A stretch of 64,000 nucleotides of DNA from Octopus sinensis (taxonomy: Eukaryota), in the NCBI RefSeq assembly GCF_006345805.1, contig NC_043004.1:81220001-81284000 (forward strand). Direction: 5' to 3'. The position numbers and the translations under genes were made by a program. Numbering within the stretch: the stretch's first letter is position 1; every line of letters begins with the position of its first letter. This document shows positions 51,689 to 62,954 of the stretch, in pieces. The notes under the pieces were generated by a model. The model ran no database searches and was not told where the DNA came from. It worked only from the letters and a program-made list of their open reading frames with translations.

Positions 51689-53308
51689 TTACTGTTTTAA
51701 CGGAAGAGAGGGTGTAGTTTCACCCTCATCTTTTCTGTCTGTGAGTGTTGTGTTTTGCGAGGTCAGTTTTTTTGCGAATTGCTTGTACAGATGGCTTGAA
51801 AAGTTCATCTGTAACGGGCCTACGTCCTCCGCAAAAGATTTTTTAATTTCAAAATAATCCGCGTTATCTATCGTATAAAATTCTACATTTTCAGATATAA
51901 TACTATTTATATCTGTTGCGATATATTTTTTCGCCGATTTCAGTAAATTAATTTTTTCCCTTAATGGGTTATTGTTTTTATTTATCGCCGTGAAGGTGTT
52001 TCTTTTTTTTTTGTTAGGTGATTGTGGAGGGGGCTGTGTGTGTGTGTTTGTGGGTGTGTGTGTGCTTGTAGAAGCGTGGGTCTTTGTAGTTGTGTGCGTG
52101 CTTGTGGTAGGTGTGTGAGTGTTTGTGTGTGCTTTTTCCAGTGTGTGTGTTTTTTTAGCTACGTGTGTGTTTGCGACTGTATTTGTGGGTGTGGGTGTGC
52201 TTGTCTGTGTCAGAGTATAGTCCTGTGTATCCGAAGAGGGTGGATTTTTCCGTTTCCGTCTTCTTTTTGAAGCTTCCACGTTGACCCACTCCTGGATGTT
52301 GTTGTTGTTGTTGTCATCGTTGTTGTCGTTGTTTTCTCCCGTTGTCGGCTGAATTTCGGCAATTGGGGTGCGCGACGTGGCTGCTATTTCTAGCGGTGAA
52401 GTTGTTTTCGGCGTCGTGCTTGCCTCTGTAGTATTTTCTTTCGCTGTCTTCTTGCAGCTCGACCGTATGTGGCCTTTCTCGCCACATTTATAGCACCTCG
52501 GTTTTCTTCCCTCGACTATTACCATCAAGGTGGTATTATCTCCAATGGTGAGGGAGCTGGGCAATTTTTCCAAGTCCGAGGGGTTCGCTTGGATCACAAG
52601 CTCTAAGTCCTGTCCATACCAGGTTGTGGGGCGATATCTTTTAGACTGAAGAATGGCAATTTCTTCCTCTTAGCCTAAGAGAATCGCTGCTGTTATGAAG
52701 TCCACATCTATTTCGGGCGGAATGTCCGTAACTGTTATTCTGCTAGTTCTCATTCCTAAATAAAATGGTAAAAGAACTACCTCTTCTGACTTCAACGTTC
52801 TTGTTGAATGTTCCCTAGCTATTTCTTCGCTAGGGAAACGCACCTCTACCGTGCCAAAGCGACTACCCCTTGTTATAAACGGAGTTTGTTGCCATATCGG
52901 CCTCAAACATTTTTCAATGGCTTCTCTCTGTACGAAGTCAATTTTCTTATTTTTGACATTATACGTCTTGTATATGACAGTTTTTCTCTCCGTCGCGTAA
53001 ATCAATTCATTGGGAGGGAACAACTTCACATTATCACCTTCTTTTTTTAGTAGTCCTTGGTATTTCTTTAATTCTTCCTTGTTGATGACTATATTTTCAC
53101 AGGGGCGAGTTGCTGCACTCGCAAAATTTATTTTTGCCTTTTCTTGTCGATTACTAGCTTCGCCAGACATATTGTCGTCTGCTTTTGTAACGCTCGCGTG
53201 AGACGTCTCTTTACTTCTACCTTCCTCCTCCCGCATTTTCGCCTTCATGCCTTCAAACAAATTTTCAACGTTTTCCTCCGACTCGGAGGAGACTGGTTGC
53301 AAATTCAT
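51689..53308 (-). pseudogene. LINE ORF1 (Gag-like, CCHC) with one in-frame TAA
   Basis: ORFs 52670-53308 and 51689-52597 are in the same frame and read through as ..ILLG*EEEIAIL..ELVIQANP..; motif CYKCGEKGHIRSSC. Confidence 0.9.
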
Positions 53309-53713
53309 GTCTTTTCGTCACTTCCCCCTTGAAACAAGGGGGAAAGAACAGCAGAACTCTGCTGCAACAGCAGAAAAGAAGTGGCCTCGACGACCAAAAC
53401 AGCAAATTTTCAAACTTTTCAGCACAAAAACAATCTTTCACTGCGGAGCAAAGAATAACACGACCGATCAGTAGAGAGAGAGAGAGAGAAAGAGCGTGGG
53501 AACGAGAAAAAGGGTGCGGAAGAAAAAGAGGGAGAGAGAAGCGTCCACGACATGCGATAGAGGGAATGTAATTGTCTTTCCTTTGGATAACATCAATGGC
53601 AAGGAGAGGCGATGCGGGCATGCATGGTCGACTGCTGGTCTTCCATAAACAACCTTGCCCGGACTTGTGCAATCCTATGTTCATTCAAGACCGACGGGGG
53701 CCTTTACCCTGTA

Positions 53714-53999
53714 TTTATTCTTTTATTCTTTTACTTGTTTCAATCATTTTTGAATGCGGCCATGCTGGAGCACCGCCTTTAGTCGAGCAAATCGACCCCA
53801 GGACTTATTCTTTGTAAGCTCTGTTTTGCCGAACCGCTAAGTTACGCGGACGTAAAGACACCAGCATCGGTTGTCAAGTGGTGTTGGGGACACACCCAAA
53901 CATATATACACACCTACATACACACATACATACATAAATACATACATAAATACATATATGCATACATACATAATACACATATATATGTATATATATATT

Positions 54000-54060
<61 letters not shown>

Positions 54061-54063
54061 ATA

Positions 54064-54104
<41 letters not shown>

Positions 54105-54385
54105 TATATCTATATACATATATATATATATAATATATATATATATATACATAAATATATATATATAGATTCACTTCAACATATGCAGCACGAAGTTTTG
54201 TCAGTGAACAGGTCGCGGTCTCAAAGCGGTGAATATATATGATGGGCTTCTTTCAGTTTCCGTCTACCAAATCCACTCAAAAGGCTTTGGTCGGCCCGGG
54301 GCTATAGTAGAAGACACTTGCCCAAGGTTCCACGTAGTGGGACTGAACCCGGAACCATGTGGCTGGTAAGCAAGCTACATACCAC
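53714..54385 (-). mobile_element. SINE family A with a large (TA)n expansion
   Basis: Reverse complement of tail at ~53714 and head at ~54380. Confidence 0.8.
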
Positions 54386-54399
54386 GTACATACGATGGC

Positions 54400-54640
54400 T
54401 GACTAAGAAGTATAGGGACTGTTTCTATGAAAAGCAAACTACAACGCGTATCAATTCCTCTATTATTCCCCATCGAAGTAGCCCATTGCTGGAACGCCTT
54501 TGGTAAGGAGGGCGGGGAGAGCGAGCCTTTCGGTGCCTTTTCTTGGAGTTCTTCGGCGTTTTGAAATCTTACCTCTTTCAAATGGCATTTGATTTTTTAG
54601 AAAGAGTCTTGCCCATAAGAAGCTTCAAACCATGTCTCTT
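54400..54640 (-). mobile_element. mariner transposase C-terminal remnant
   Basis: ..KIKCHLKEVRFQNAEELQEKA..KAFQQW resembles mariner C-termini; no TIR located. Confidence 0.45.
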
Positions 54641-55054
54641 TCCAAGCATGTACTCACCCGACCCCATAAATATTTTCTTTGCCTTGGTCCCCAAAGGAAC
54701 CTCTGTGTTGAGACGAACATATTCGAAACATTTTACTGCCATGCACGGCTATAAACAAAGCGAGTCAGAGCGATACATCTTAGTGTGCATGCGCGACAGA
54801 TTTCAATGTCTGTCTATGCCAAATGGCTTAACTCTGCTCACTTTAGATTCGTTACCATAGCAACTGTAAGAGTCCCAACACTTTTCGATCAGACCTCGTA
54901 TATTTTGTTCTTTTAATCTTTTACTAGCTTCCGTTCATAAGCTGCGGTCATACTGGAGCACCGCAGCTTGTTTTCCTACACTTTCATTCCTTGAAGCCTC
55001 CTCTGTTATGTGGCATTTGGTGAATAAAGAAATTTAATGTTGTCGCGCTCTTTG

Positions 55055-55481
55055 GGATCTTTTTCGGTTTGAACGGCAGTTTTTTCTAGCGGTGTCATAT
55101 GAAATTGTCACCCATAATTATGTCCCTAGTATCGATCTATTGCATTTCAATCTGTTTTAGGGTTAGAGTTAGTTAGGGTTAGGAGTGGGGGAAAGTGTAT
55201 CTTTTTTTCTTCAGAAATGTAAATTAACCCAATCTGTTTCTTAAACGAGGGATATATTCATATGGCAGAGAATGTTTTCACCTCAATACACATCATTGAT
55301 TGGTTGAAATTGCAGAAATTGAAGAAAAAAAAACCAAATATCTTACAAACTATAGAATTTTCTCAATAAAGCCAAGAGAAAAAGATGTTTTATAAACACA
55401 TTCCACCAGTATACGAAGTTTAAAATTTTTTAGTTACCTAGAAATTATGTTAAAAACTTGCCGTTCAAACCGAAAAGATCC
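55055..55481 (-). mobile_element. Second copy of the GG-ended MITE (19015-19452), opposite orientation
   Basis: Same TIRs and TTAGGG-like run; no TSD recognisable. Confidence 0.85.
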
Positions 55482-55662
55482 CTCCAAGGTTGTTCACCCG
55501 GATCTCTTGACTGGAGGACATCCAACCTCGTTTTGGAGACAGCCCTAACAACATCGTTTTTGTCTCTCAGACTATTAGGTAGGACACTGAAGTGTTATGG
55601 ACAATTGAAATCCAAGTCGTGACAGTATCCAGTGCTGTATCATGATGGATATATCATATATC

Positions 55663-55708
<46 letters not shown>

Positions 55709-55805
55709 TTAATCCAAACAAAAAAACACAAAAAAACACAACAACGCGAGGACGTGGAAGAAATATAGTATTATTGGACGCTCAGGAACGAAGGGAAGAA
55801 GGACG

Positions 55806-55840
55806 GTTTAAAGTTTCGAGCGGAGCTCTTCGTCGGAAAC
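55806..55840 (-). ncRNA. Minimal hammerhead motif with CCGACGA core
   Basis: GUUU-CCGACGA-A-GAGC-UCC-GCUC-GAAAC-UUU-AAAC (G16.2 mutated), within element 55712-55912. Confidence 0.55.
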
Positions 55841-55912
55841 ATAGGAGAAGGAAAGATCCAGAGAAGGGAAGACAGAGGAAAAAAAATCGCCAACGGTACA
55901 CACGAGGTCACG

Positions 55913-55951
<39 letters not shown>

Positions 55952-56179
55952 ATATTAGGGGGTAAATCCAAACTTACAGGGAAAAATTAGATTTAGCATT
56001 AAATCAAATTTCACAGTATAAATATATTATATTTATTATATTTATTTTTATGTTTTGGTTTATGTTTTTCACTGTTTGATTTGCCTAATAATGGTTTTAT
56101 CTCTTATTTAATTTATATATATACATATATATATAGGAATAAAAAATGGAGTCAACGCAGGTTTAAACAAGTATTTTTT

Positions 56180-56264
56180 CTTTCTACATATGTTTCAAAA
56201 ATTCCACTGATACTTATTCAAAAGAATAAAAGGTATAAACAATGCAATCTTCTCTTCGGGAAAG
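56180..56264 (-). ncRNA. Hammerhead ribozyme with CCGAAGA core and long stem II, PLE 3' UTR
   Basis: Stem I CUUUC/GAAAG; CCGAAGA; 56-nt stem II ending in UUAUUC-UUUU-GAAUAA; GAA-AC-AUAU-GU-A (palindromic ACAUAUGU). Confidence 0.75.
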
Positions 56265-56464
56265 TGAAAAAACGAAACTTGTCAATACGACATTTTAGCA
56301 AAAAATGATGGATTCGTATAGCGATAGACAGAACGCTATTAATATTGTTTAAAAAAACGTTATATGATATAACGTCATAAGTAGCTAACAGAAGAGTAGG
56401 GATATTAATAGTGAATGTTAAATATAAAGGAAATTAAAGTCTAAACTATATATAATGATAGAGA

Positions 56465-58788
56465 CTACTTATATGCACTAAAAGTATGCTTTTGCCAATG
56501 CTTACATCTGTATGCTCGTTCTATAACCGTGTTTACTAGAGTATTTTTAGAAAAAATAATGAAAAATAGCTCAGAATTGCAGAGAAGACAGAATTTCTTG
56601 CCTTTGTCATATGGTATCGAAATTGAGAGGATCAACCATTCCAAATGAAATTGTTCATTGTGGTCTTTTAAATTCCAAATCAGTTTGCTGAGACCGGTAC
56701 TATTCCGTTTATTTCTATCTCTAAATGTTGAGTAATGGATAGAAATTCTCTTAGATAACTCTAACGATGTGCTTCCAATGTAAAATCGTACTTTATTACG
56801 AGTACTGATTATACACTGGTATATAGAATTTTTAATCTTAGAGTTACTTGACATAAATTTAATTCTATTGGGATTGACTTCAGATACAATAACCTTGTTA
56901 TTAATATTTCTAGAGGGTTGGATGGTAGTAGCTAAATTAATGTTAGTATTAGTAAATGTATTAATATTTAACAGTTTGTTATTATGAGAAGATATAATTT
57001 GCAAGAGATTTTTTGTGTTTGAAAAACCTATCCTAACCTTATGTGAATTAATTATAGAGTAATATCTAGAATTATTTGGAAAATTCCTAGCAATAGCTTG
57101 ACGAAACAGCAGTGGGAGATTAGATTTAATTTCCCGTAAGGAATTATTAACCAAATATTTTTACTAGTATTCATAGCGTAATTACTTTTGAAGGTGTTAT
57201 ATTTACTTTTAGATCGGTAATAGGGGAATAAATAAGGGTTATCTGCCTTCATTCGCTTTGTATCGGTGCGTAAGTTATGTTTGTTATCAATAATTCTTTT
57301 ACGACTAGAAATCTTATCTACATTATTGAATTTACAATTAGACTGAGCAGAACCAATGTAGAAAATTTTTTCTGTATAACCTGCTTTGATTAAGGCAGAG
57401 TTATAGAATTCAGCGTTATTATTGAAAATATCAACATTAGCAGATAATTTAGATAATCTAAATGAAATATTCTTAACTAAATTCTTAGTAATTGCTCCAG
57501 GATGATTACTAAATTTGCTAATGTACTTAAGATTGGTCAACGGTTTATGATATGGGAAGTAAGAGTCACTGTGTAAATTAAGGGTAATATCTAAAAAGTT
57601 GGCCTTCGTCAGATCGTCATCAAAAACGATTTTTAAGCCCATTCTACTGAAAAAATTAACTAAACTGTTCTTAACTTTTTGTACCTTTTGGTTAGAAACA
57701 TTTTGGAGGTAAAGTAAACAATCATCACGATATAGACCTCCATAAATGTTAGGGAACTCTTCAGCCATTTCAAAAAGAATGTATATACAGACCAAATCAG
57801 CTATCTGTGCTGAATCAGAACTTCCCATAGGTATATCGAAACTATCTGGTGTGTCTTTACGGACCCACAACTTATCATCAAATTTAATAATAGATCTTCT
57901 GGCTGCCAACACAACATTAATTTCTTCTCGGGTGAGACCAGCTTTGTTATGAGCAAGCCAAAGTGCCTTATTAAGTACTATAGGATTAATAGACGAATAA
58001 AAATTGGAAATATCAAACTGGATAAACTTCGTACTCACCTTACTGTTAATAGACCTAAACCAGTCAACTACGTCAAATGAATTAGTCCATAAGCTAAGTT
58101 TTAATGTTTTGATTAGATTAGGAATATATTTATCTAGTATATTTTTACTAAGGATACCGATGTCAGAGCTAGAAGGGCAGATAAGCCTTAATGATGGGTT
58201 AGTAAAAAAATTTGGTTTGTGATCCTTCAAAATAAACCTAGGTTGCTTAGGAACAAGTGGTTCTGTCTTAATTTGTAGGTTATATTTCTCCATGACTTTC
58301 ATAGCCTCGATGTTGGCTTTCTTAAGTATTCTTTTATCAGCAATTTTATACTTTTTCTGAATTTCTTTTTCAAGTAATTCCAAATAATAGTCTTTATAAA
58401 GTTTGTACAGATTACCAGTCTTATCAGATTGAACCAACATAGTATCCATAGAATTGATTTCTTTGGTGATGTTGCGAAGATACCTCAGATGTTTATTTCT
58501 TAGTGGTGACCGTTGAAATTTTACATTTCTCACAATGGACCAGAGATCATCTTCAAATTGCTTCAACCTTGGGTTAGGCGGCGGACTATTTTTAGATTTA
58601 AATAACTTGCTGAACTCAGATGTTTTATCATTAGTGTGTTGTTGAGTGTCATTTTTGTCAAAGAAAAAGGTAAGCCATCTTATTCGGTTGATGAATGAAT
58701 TAATCTTATTGACAAGTTGTTTAAGGAAAACATTCTTAGGTGGAATAGGAATGTCCTTAAGAGATGCGTTAATATTCAATAACTCCAT
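56465..58788 (-). CDS. PLE polyprotein (RT + GIY-YIG endonuclease), one 4-nt frameshift; 775 aa when repaired
   Basis: SLKDIPIP..RIRW; QSDKTGN; KDHKPNF; FDISNFYSSI; PMGSSD; GLYRDD; FLDITL; IYQC..FYIGST; CLLC..CKH. Confidence 0.9.
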
Positions 58789-59036
58789 ATGCTGTAACTA
58801 TTCAGTTAGCAGGTTATTAATAAACCTGATTAAAGTATTATAAATAGATGAGTGTATTTTACCTTGTTAACAATTAACACGGATAAATGAATGAATAGTT
58901 ACCAGGGCAGCAAAATCTCACAAGTAAAGATGTTGTAACTCCTTGTTTATAAAGGTTGAAACTTCGTGTTTACGTTGAATATTTGAATAATAGGAATAAA
59001 AAATGGAGTCAACGCAGGTTTAAACAAGTATTTTTT

Positions 59037-59120
59037 CTTTCTACATATGTTTCAAAAATTCCACTGATACTTATTCAAAAGAATAAAAGGTATAAACAAT
59101 GCAATCTTCTCTTCGGAAAG
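59037..59120 (-). ncRNA. Second copy of the PLE hammerhead (one C missing at the stem I/core junction)
   Basis: Identical to 56180-56264 except CUUUCCGAAGA instead of CUUUCCCGAAGA. Confidence 0.65.
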
Positions 59121-60400
59121 TGAAAAAACGAAACTTGTCAATACGACATTTTAGCAAAAAATGATGGATTCGTATAGCGATAGACAGAACGCTATTAATA
59201 TTGTTTAAAAAAACGTTATATGATATAACGTCATAAGTAGCTAACAGAAAGAGTAGGGATATTAATAGTGAATGTTAAATATAAAGGAAATTAAAGTCTA
59301 AACTATATATAATGATAGAGACTACTTATATGCACTAAAAGTATGCTTTTGCCAATGCTTACATCTGTATGCTCGTTCTATAACCGTGTTTACTAGAGTA
59401 TTTTTAGAAAAAATAATGAAAAATAGCTCAGAATTGCAGAGAAGACAGAATTTCTTGCCTTTGTCATATGGTATCGAAATTGAGAGGATCAACCATTCCA
59501 AATGAAATTGTTCATTGTGGTCTTTTAAATTCCAAATCAGTTTGCTGAGACCGGTACCATTCCGTTTATTTCTATCTCTAAATGTTGAGTAATGGATAGA
59601 AATTCTCTTAGATAACTCTAACGATGTGCTTCCAATGTAAAATCGTACTTTATTACGAGTACTGATTATACACTGGTATATAGAATTTTTAATCTTAGAG
59701 TTACTTGACATAAATTTAATTCTATTGGGATTGACTTCAGATACAATAACCTTGTTATTAATATTTCTAGAGGGTTGGATGGTAGTAGCTAAATTAATGT
59801 TAGTATTAGTAAATGTATTAATATTTAACAGTTTGTTATTATGAGAAGATATAATTTGCAAGAGATTTTTTGTGTTTGAAAAACCTATCCTAACCTTATG
59901 TGAATTAATTATAGAGTAATATCTAGAATTATTTGGAAAATTCCTAGCAATAGCTTGACGAAACAGAGTGGGAGATTAGATTTAATTTGTCTCCCGTAAG
60001 GAATTATTAACCAAATATTTTTACTAGTATTCATAGCGTAATTACTTTTGAAGGTGTTATATTTACTTTTAGATCGGTAATAGGGGAATAAATAAGGGTT
60101 ATCTGCCTTCATTCGCTTTGTATCGGTGCGTAAGTTATGTTTGTTATCAATAATTCTTTTACGACTAGAAATCTTATCTACATTATTGAATTTACAATTA
60201 GACTGAGCAGAATCAATGTAGAAAATTTTTTCTGTATAACCTGCTTTGATTAAGGCAGAGTTATAGAATTCAGCGTTATTATTGAAAATATCAACATTAG
60301 CAGATAATTTAGATAATCTAAATGAAATATTCTTAACTAAATTCTTAGTAATTGCTCCAGGATGATTACTAAATTTGCTAATGTACTTAAGATTGGTCAA

Positions 60401-60974
60401 GCAAAATAATAAAAAAAAAAACAAGAAAAAAAAAACAGAAAGAAGATCGTCAAGTTAATGGACGGACCCCCGTTAGAAAATGTGGAGAAACATACAAATT
60501 GCAAAATAAAAACAAACAAAAACAATAATGTTAGAAAAATCAATACTACAATTTGATTCTTAGTAAAAGTATTAATTAAAATACAAGATAATTTATACAT
60601 TAAAATACATTTGAGAAGGACAGACAATGGCAGCTTGCTGAGTCGAGGAAGACAGCCGAATATTTAGTTACAATATTTTAAACAAATTTATGATTTATAT
60701 GAAGAATTTAATGAAAAAGATGATTAATCAGATTTTTTTTAATATTTATCAAAATATACTCTTTAACAGCAAAAAACAAAAACAAAAAAATAATTAAAAA
60801 AATTAAAATAATCCACAGCTTTGATAAGAAAATGTAATAAGCTGTCGAAGGAATAAAACATTCTAAAGAAACTGCAGACAACACACAATATTAAAGATCC
60901 AAAAGACTGCTTCTGGATCTGACAATCTGACATCATAAAATTCCACATTTCATATATAAGTACACATGTATCTG

Positions 60975-61036
<62 letters not shown>

Positions 61037-61850
61037 GTACCTGTGTGCAATATGTGTGTCTGTACATGTAGCTGTGTGTGCTTATGTATGTATGTATCAT
61101 GGATTTGTCTTAAAACAATGAAAAATATTGTTACACAAACTAAAAATCAATAAAAATCACCTCCCCCCATTAAAAGTGTAAATTATCTTAGCTAAAAAAA
61201 AAGTTTTAAAAAATTCTAAATACAAGTTCTGATTCAGTAATAAATTTCCATTTTCATAAATTATATATTTCTAACCAGAAAAAAAAAAGAAAGAAAGAAA
61301 AATGTCAATAAATATAATTCAAGCAAAATAATAAAAAAAAAAACAAAAAAAAAAACAGAAAGAAGATCGTCAAGTTAATGGACGGACCCCCGTTAGAAAA
61401 TGTGGAGAAACATACAACTTGCAAAATAAAAACAAACAAAAACAATAATGTTAGAAAAATCAATACTACAATTTGATTCTTAGTAAAAGTATTAAAAAAA
61501 AAATTTTTTTTAAAAAGCTAAATGTCAAAAAGGCGAAAAGCTTGATTCAGCAAATTTTCACAATTTATCTCTTTATTTCTTTTTTTTTTTTTGATCATTT
61601 AAGATAAATTAAATTACAAATTTAAAACAAACTTAAATTATTTAGATGAATTAAAAATGTCTGTCTATTTTTCTTCTTTCTACTTCTGGAAGCTTATCTT
61701 CTTTCTTTCCCTTTTTTACTATACTGAAGGTTTATAAAAAAAAGTTGATTTATGTAATGTTGTGATTTGTGAGGCTACTGCAAGACAACGCTGTTTTATC
61801 CGTCTGATGTTACGGTAATTATGCAGTACTTTGGGATTGACCCACTCTGT
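60401..61850 (-). other. 1.45-kb non-PLE insert with an internal ~178-bp direct repeat
   Basis: Sits between PLE-matching sequences; 60397-60575 is repeated at 61319-61495. Confidence 0.8.
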
Positions 61851-61927
61851 AGAGTCACTGTGTAAATTAAGGGTAATATCTAAAAAGTTGGCCTTCGTCA
61901 GATCGTCATCAAAAACGATTTTTAAGC
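61851..61927 (-). mobile_element. 77-bp PLE RT fragment
   Basis: Identical to 57562-57638. Confidence 0.95.
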
Positions 61928-62461
61928 TTGTACAGTATGGAAAGTGAGAGTCCTTAACACGGTTTTCATTAACACTTCTGCTAGTTCAACATCCATTGTG
62001 TTGTCATAGTCTGGACTGGCTGAAACGGTAGAATCGAAAGGCTCAGCAAATCCAAGAAGGGATGCGATGTGAGAATTGTCTTGGAGACTGGCAAGAATGA
62101 TGTCAAGTTGCATACGCTGGCCTCTAGATAGTGTGTCCCATCTATCACTGCCTTGTGGAAGCAGGGAATGAAATAGTTCCATCCTCTCCTTTAATGGTGG
62201 TAACAATAATGGTGCTCCAATTGATAAAGTCTCTATCACAGCCTGTTGTACTGATGGGGGGGTGTCGATATCTAGCAGTCGAAAGAGCAGATTACGGAAT
62301 GGTCGAGAATGATCTCCAAGTATTCCCTTTGAGACTCCACTAGCTTGAGCAAGGGACAGATGAGTCCCCAGAATATTCAGACACAACTGAATGAAATGAC
62401 AATGATCTTGTTTGGTGGTGAAAGGCGGTGGTGGTGCAGACCCATTGACGTCATCACAATA
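61925..62461 (-). pseudogene. HERC1: Intronless 179-codon fragment of an E3 ubiquitin ligase HERC1 homolog
   Basis: YCDDVNGSAPPPPF..LCLNILGTHLSLA..RNLLFRLLD..VIETLSIGAPLLLPPLKERMELFHSLLPQGSDRWDTLSRGQRMQLDIILASLQD..LAEVLMKTVLRTLTFHTVQA closely follows the post-RLD1 region of vertebrate HERC1 as I recall it. There is no AG acceptor or GT donor at its ends. It is fused to PLE sequence that supplies a TAA. Confidence 0.8.
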
Positions 62462-62696
62462 TATATATATATATATATAGTGTCTGTGCGGGAATAAGAG
62501 TACAGTAATGTTATTCTAAATATAGATGCATATTAATATACTTAAGCAGATAAAATTAAACACTCCTTCACATGCTTAATACAATCAAAACAGCACATTC
62601 TATATATAGATAACCCTATTTGGACACACGCGCCCACACAAATATATGTATCTGTGTTTATATGCGAATATCTATGAATCTATATCTATATATATT

Positions 62697-62925
62697 CAAG
62701 CGTAGGAGTGGCAGTGTGGTAAGTAGCTTGCTTACCAACCACATGCTTCCTGGTTCAGTCCCACTGTCTGCCACCTTGGGCAAGTATCTTCTACTATAGC
62801 CTCGGGCCGACCAAAGCCTTGTGAGAGGATTTGGTAGACGGAAACTGAAAGAAGCCCGTCGTATATATGTATATATTTATGTGTGTGTATATGTTTGGTC
62901 GTCTGTGTTTGTCCCCCCAACATTG
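62697..62925 (+). mobile_element. SINE family A (3' truncated)
   Basis: Head and 5' body. Confidence 0.85.
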
Positions 62926-62954
62926 CTCGATTACCGATGCCAGGTTCAGTGGAG

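Larger units (their letters stand above)
48032..53472 (-). mobile_element. Full-length Tx1/L1-clade LINE inserted in (TC)n
   Basis: ORF1 with a zinc knuckle and ORF2 APE-RT-CCHC. The 3' UTR ends AATAAAGAAATA. (GA)n at ~47980-48031 and 53473-53489. Confidence 0.95.
56133..60400 (-). mobile_element. Penelope-like element (Naiad-type) with a 5' partial tandem copy (pseudo-LTR)
   Basis: Full unit 58989->56133. 58990-60400 duplicates 56133-57540 nearly identically. The 3' end abuts (TA)n. Confidence 0.95.

Noticed and set aside
56270-56464. SECIS element in the Naiad-type 3' UTR
   Set aside because: The ATGAC hairpin lacks SECIS geometry and the ORF has no in-frame TGA.
61925-62461. Initial impression of MYCBP2/Highwire
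   Set aside because: The recalled homologous sequence continues into the SPRY and UBA-like regions characteristic of HERC1, so I called it HERC1. BLAST is needed to confirm.
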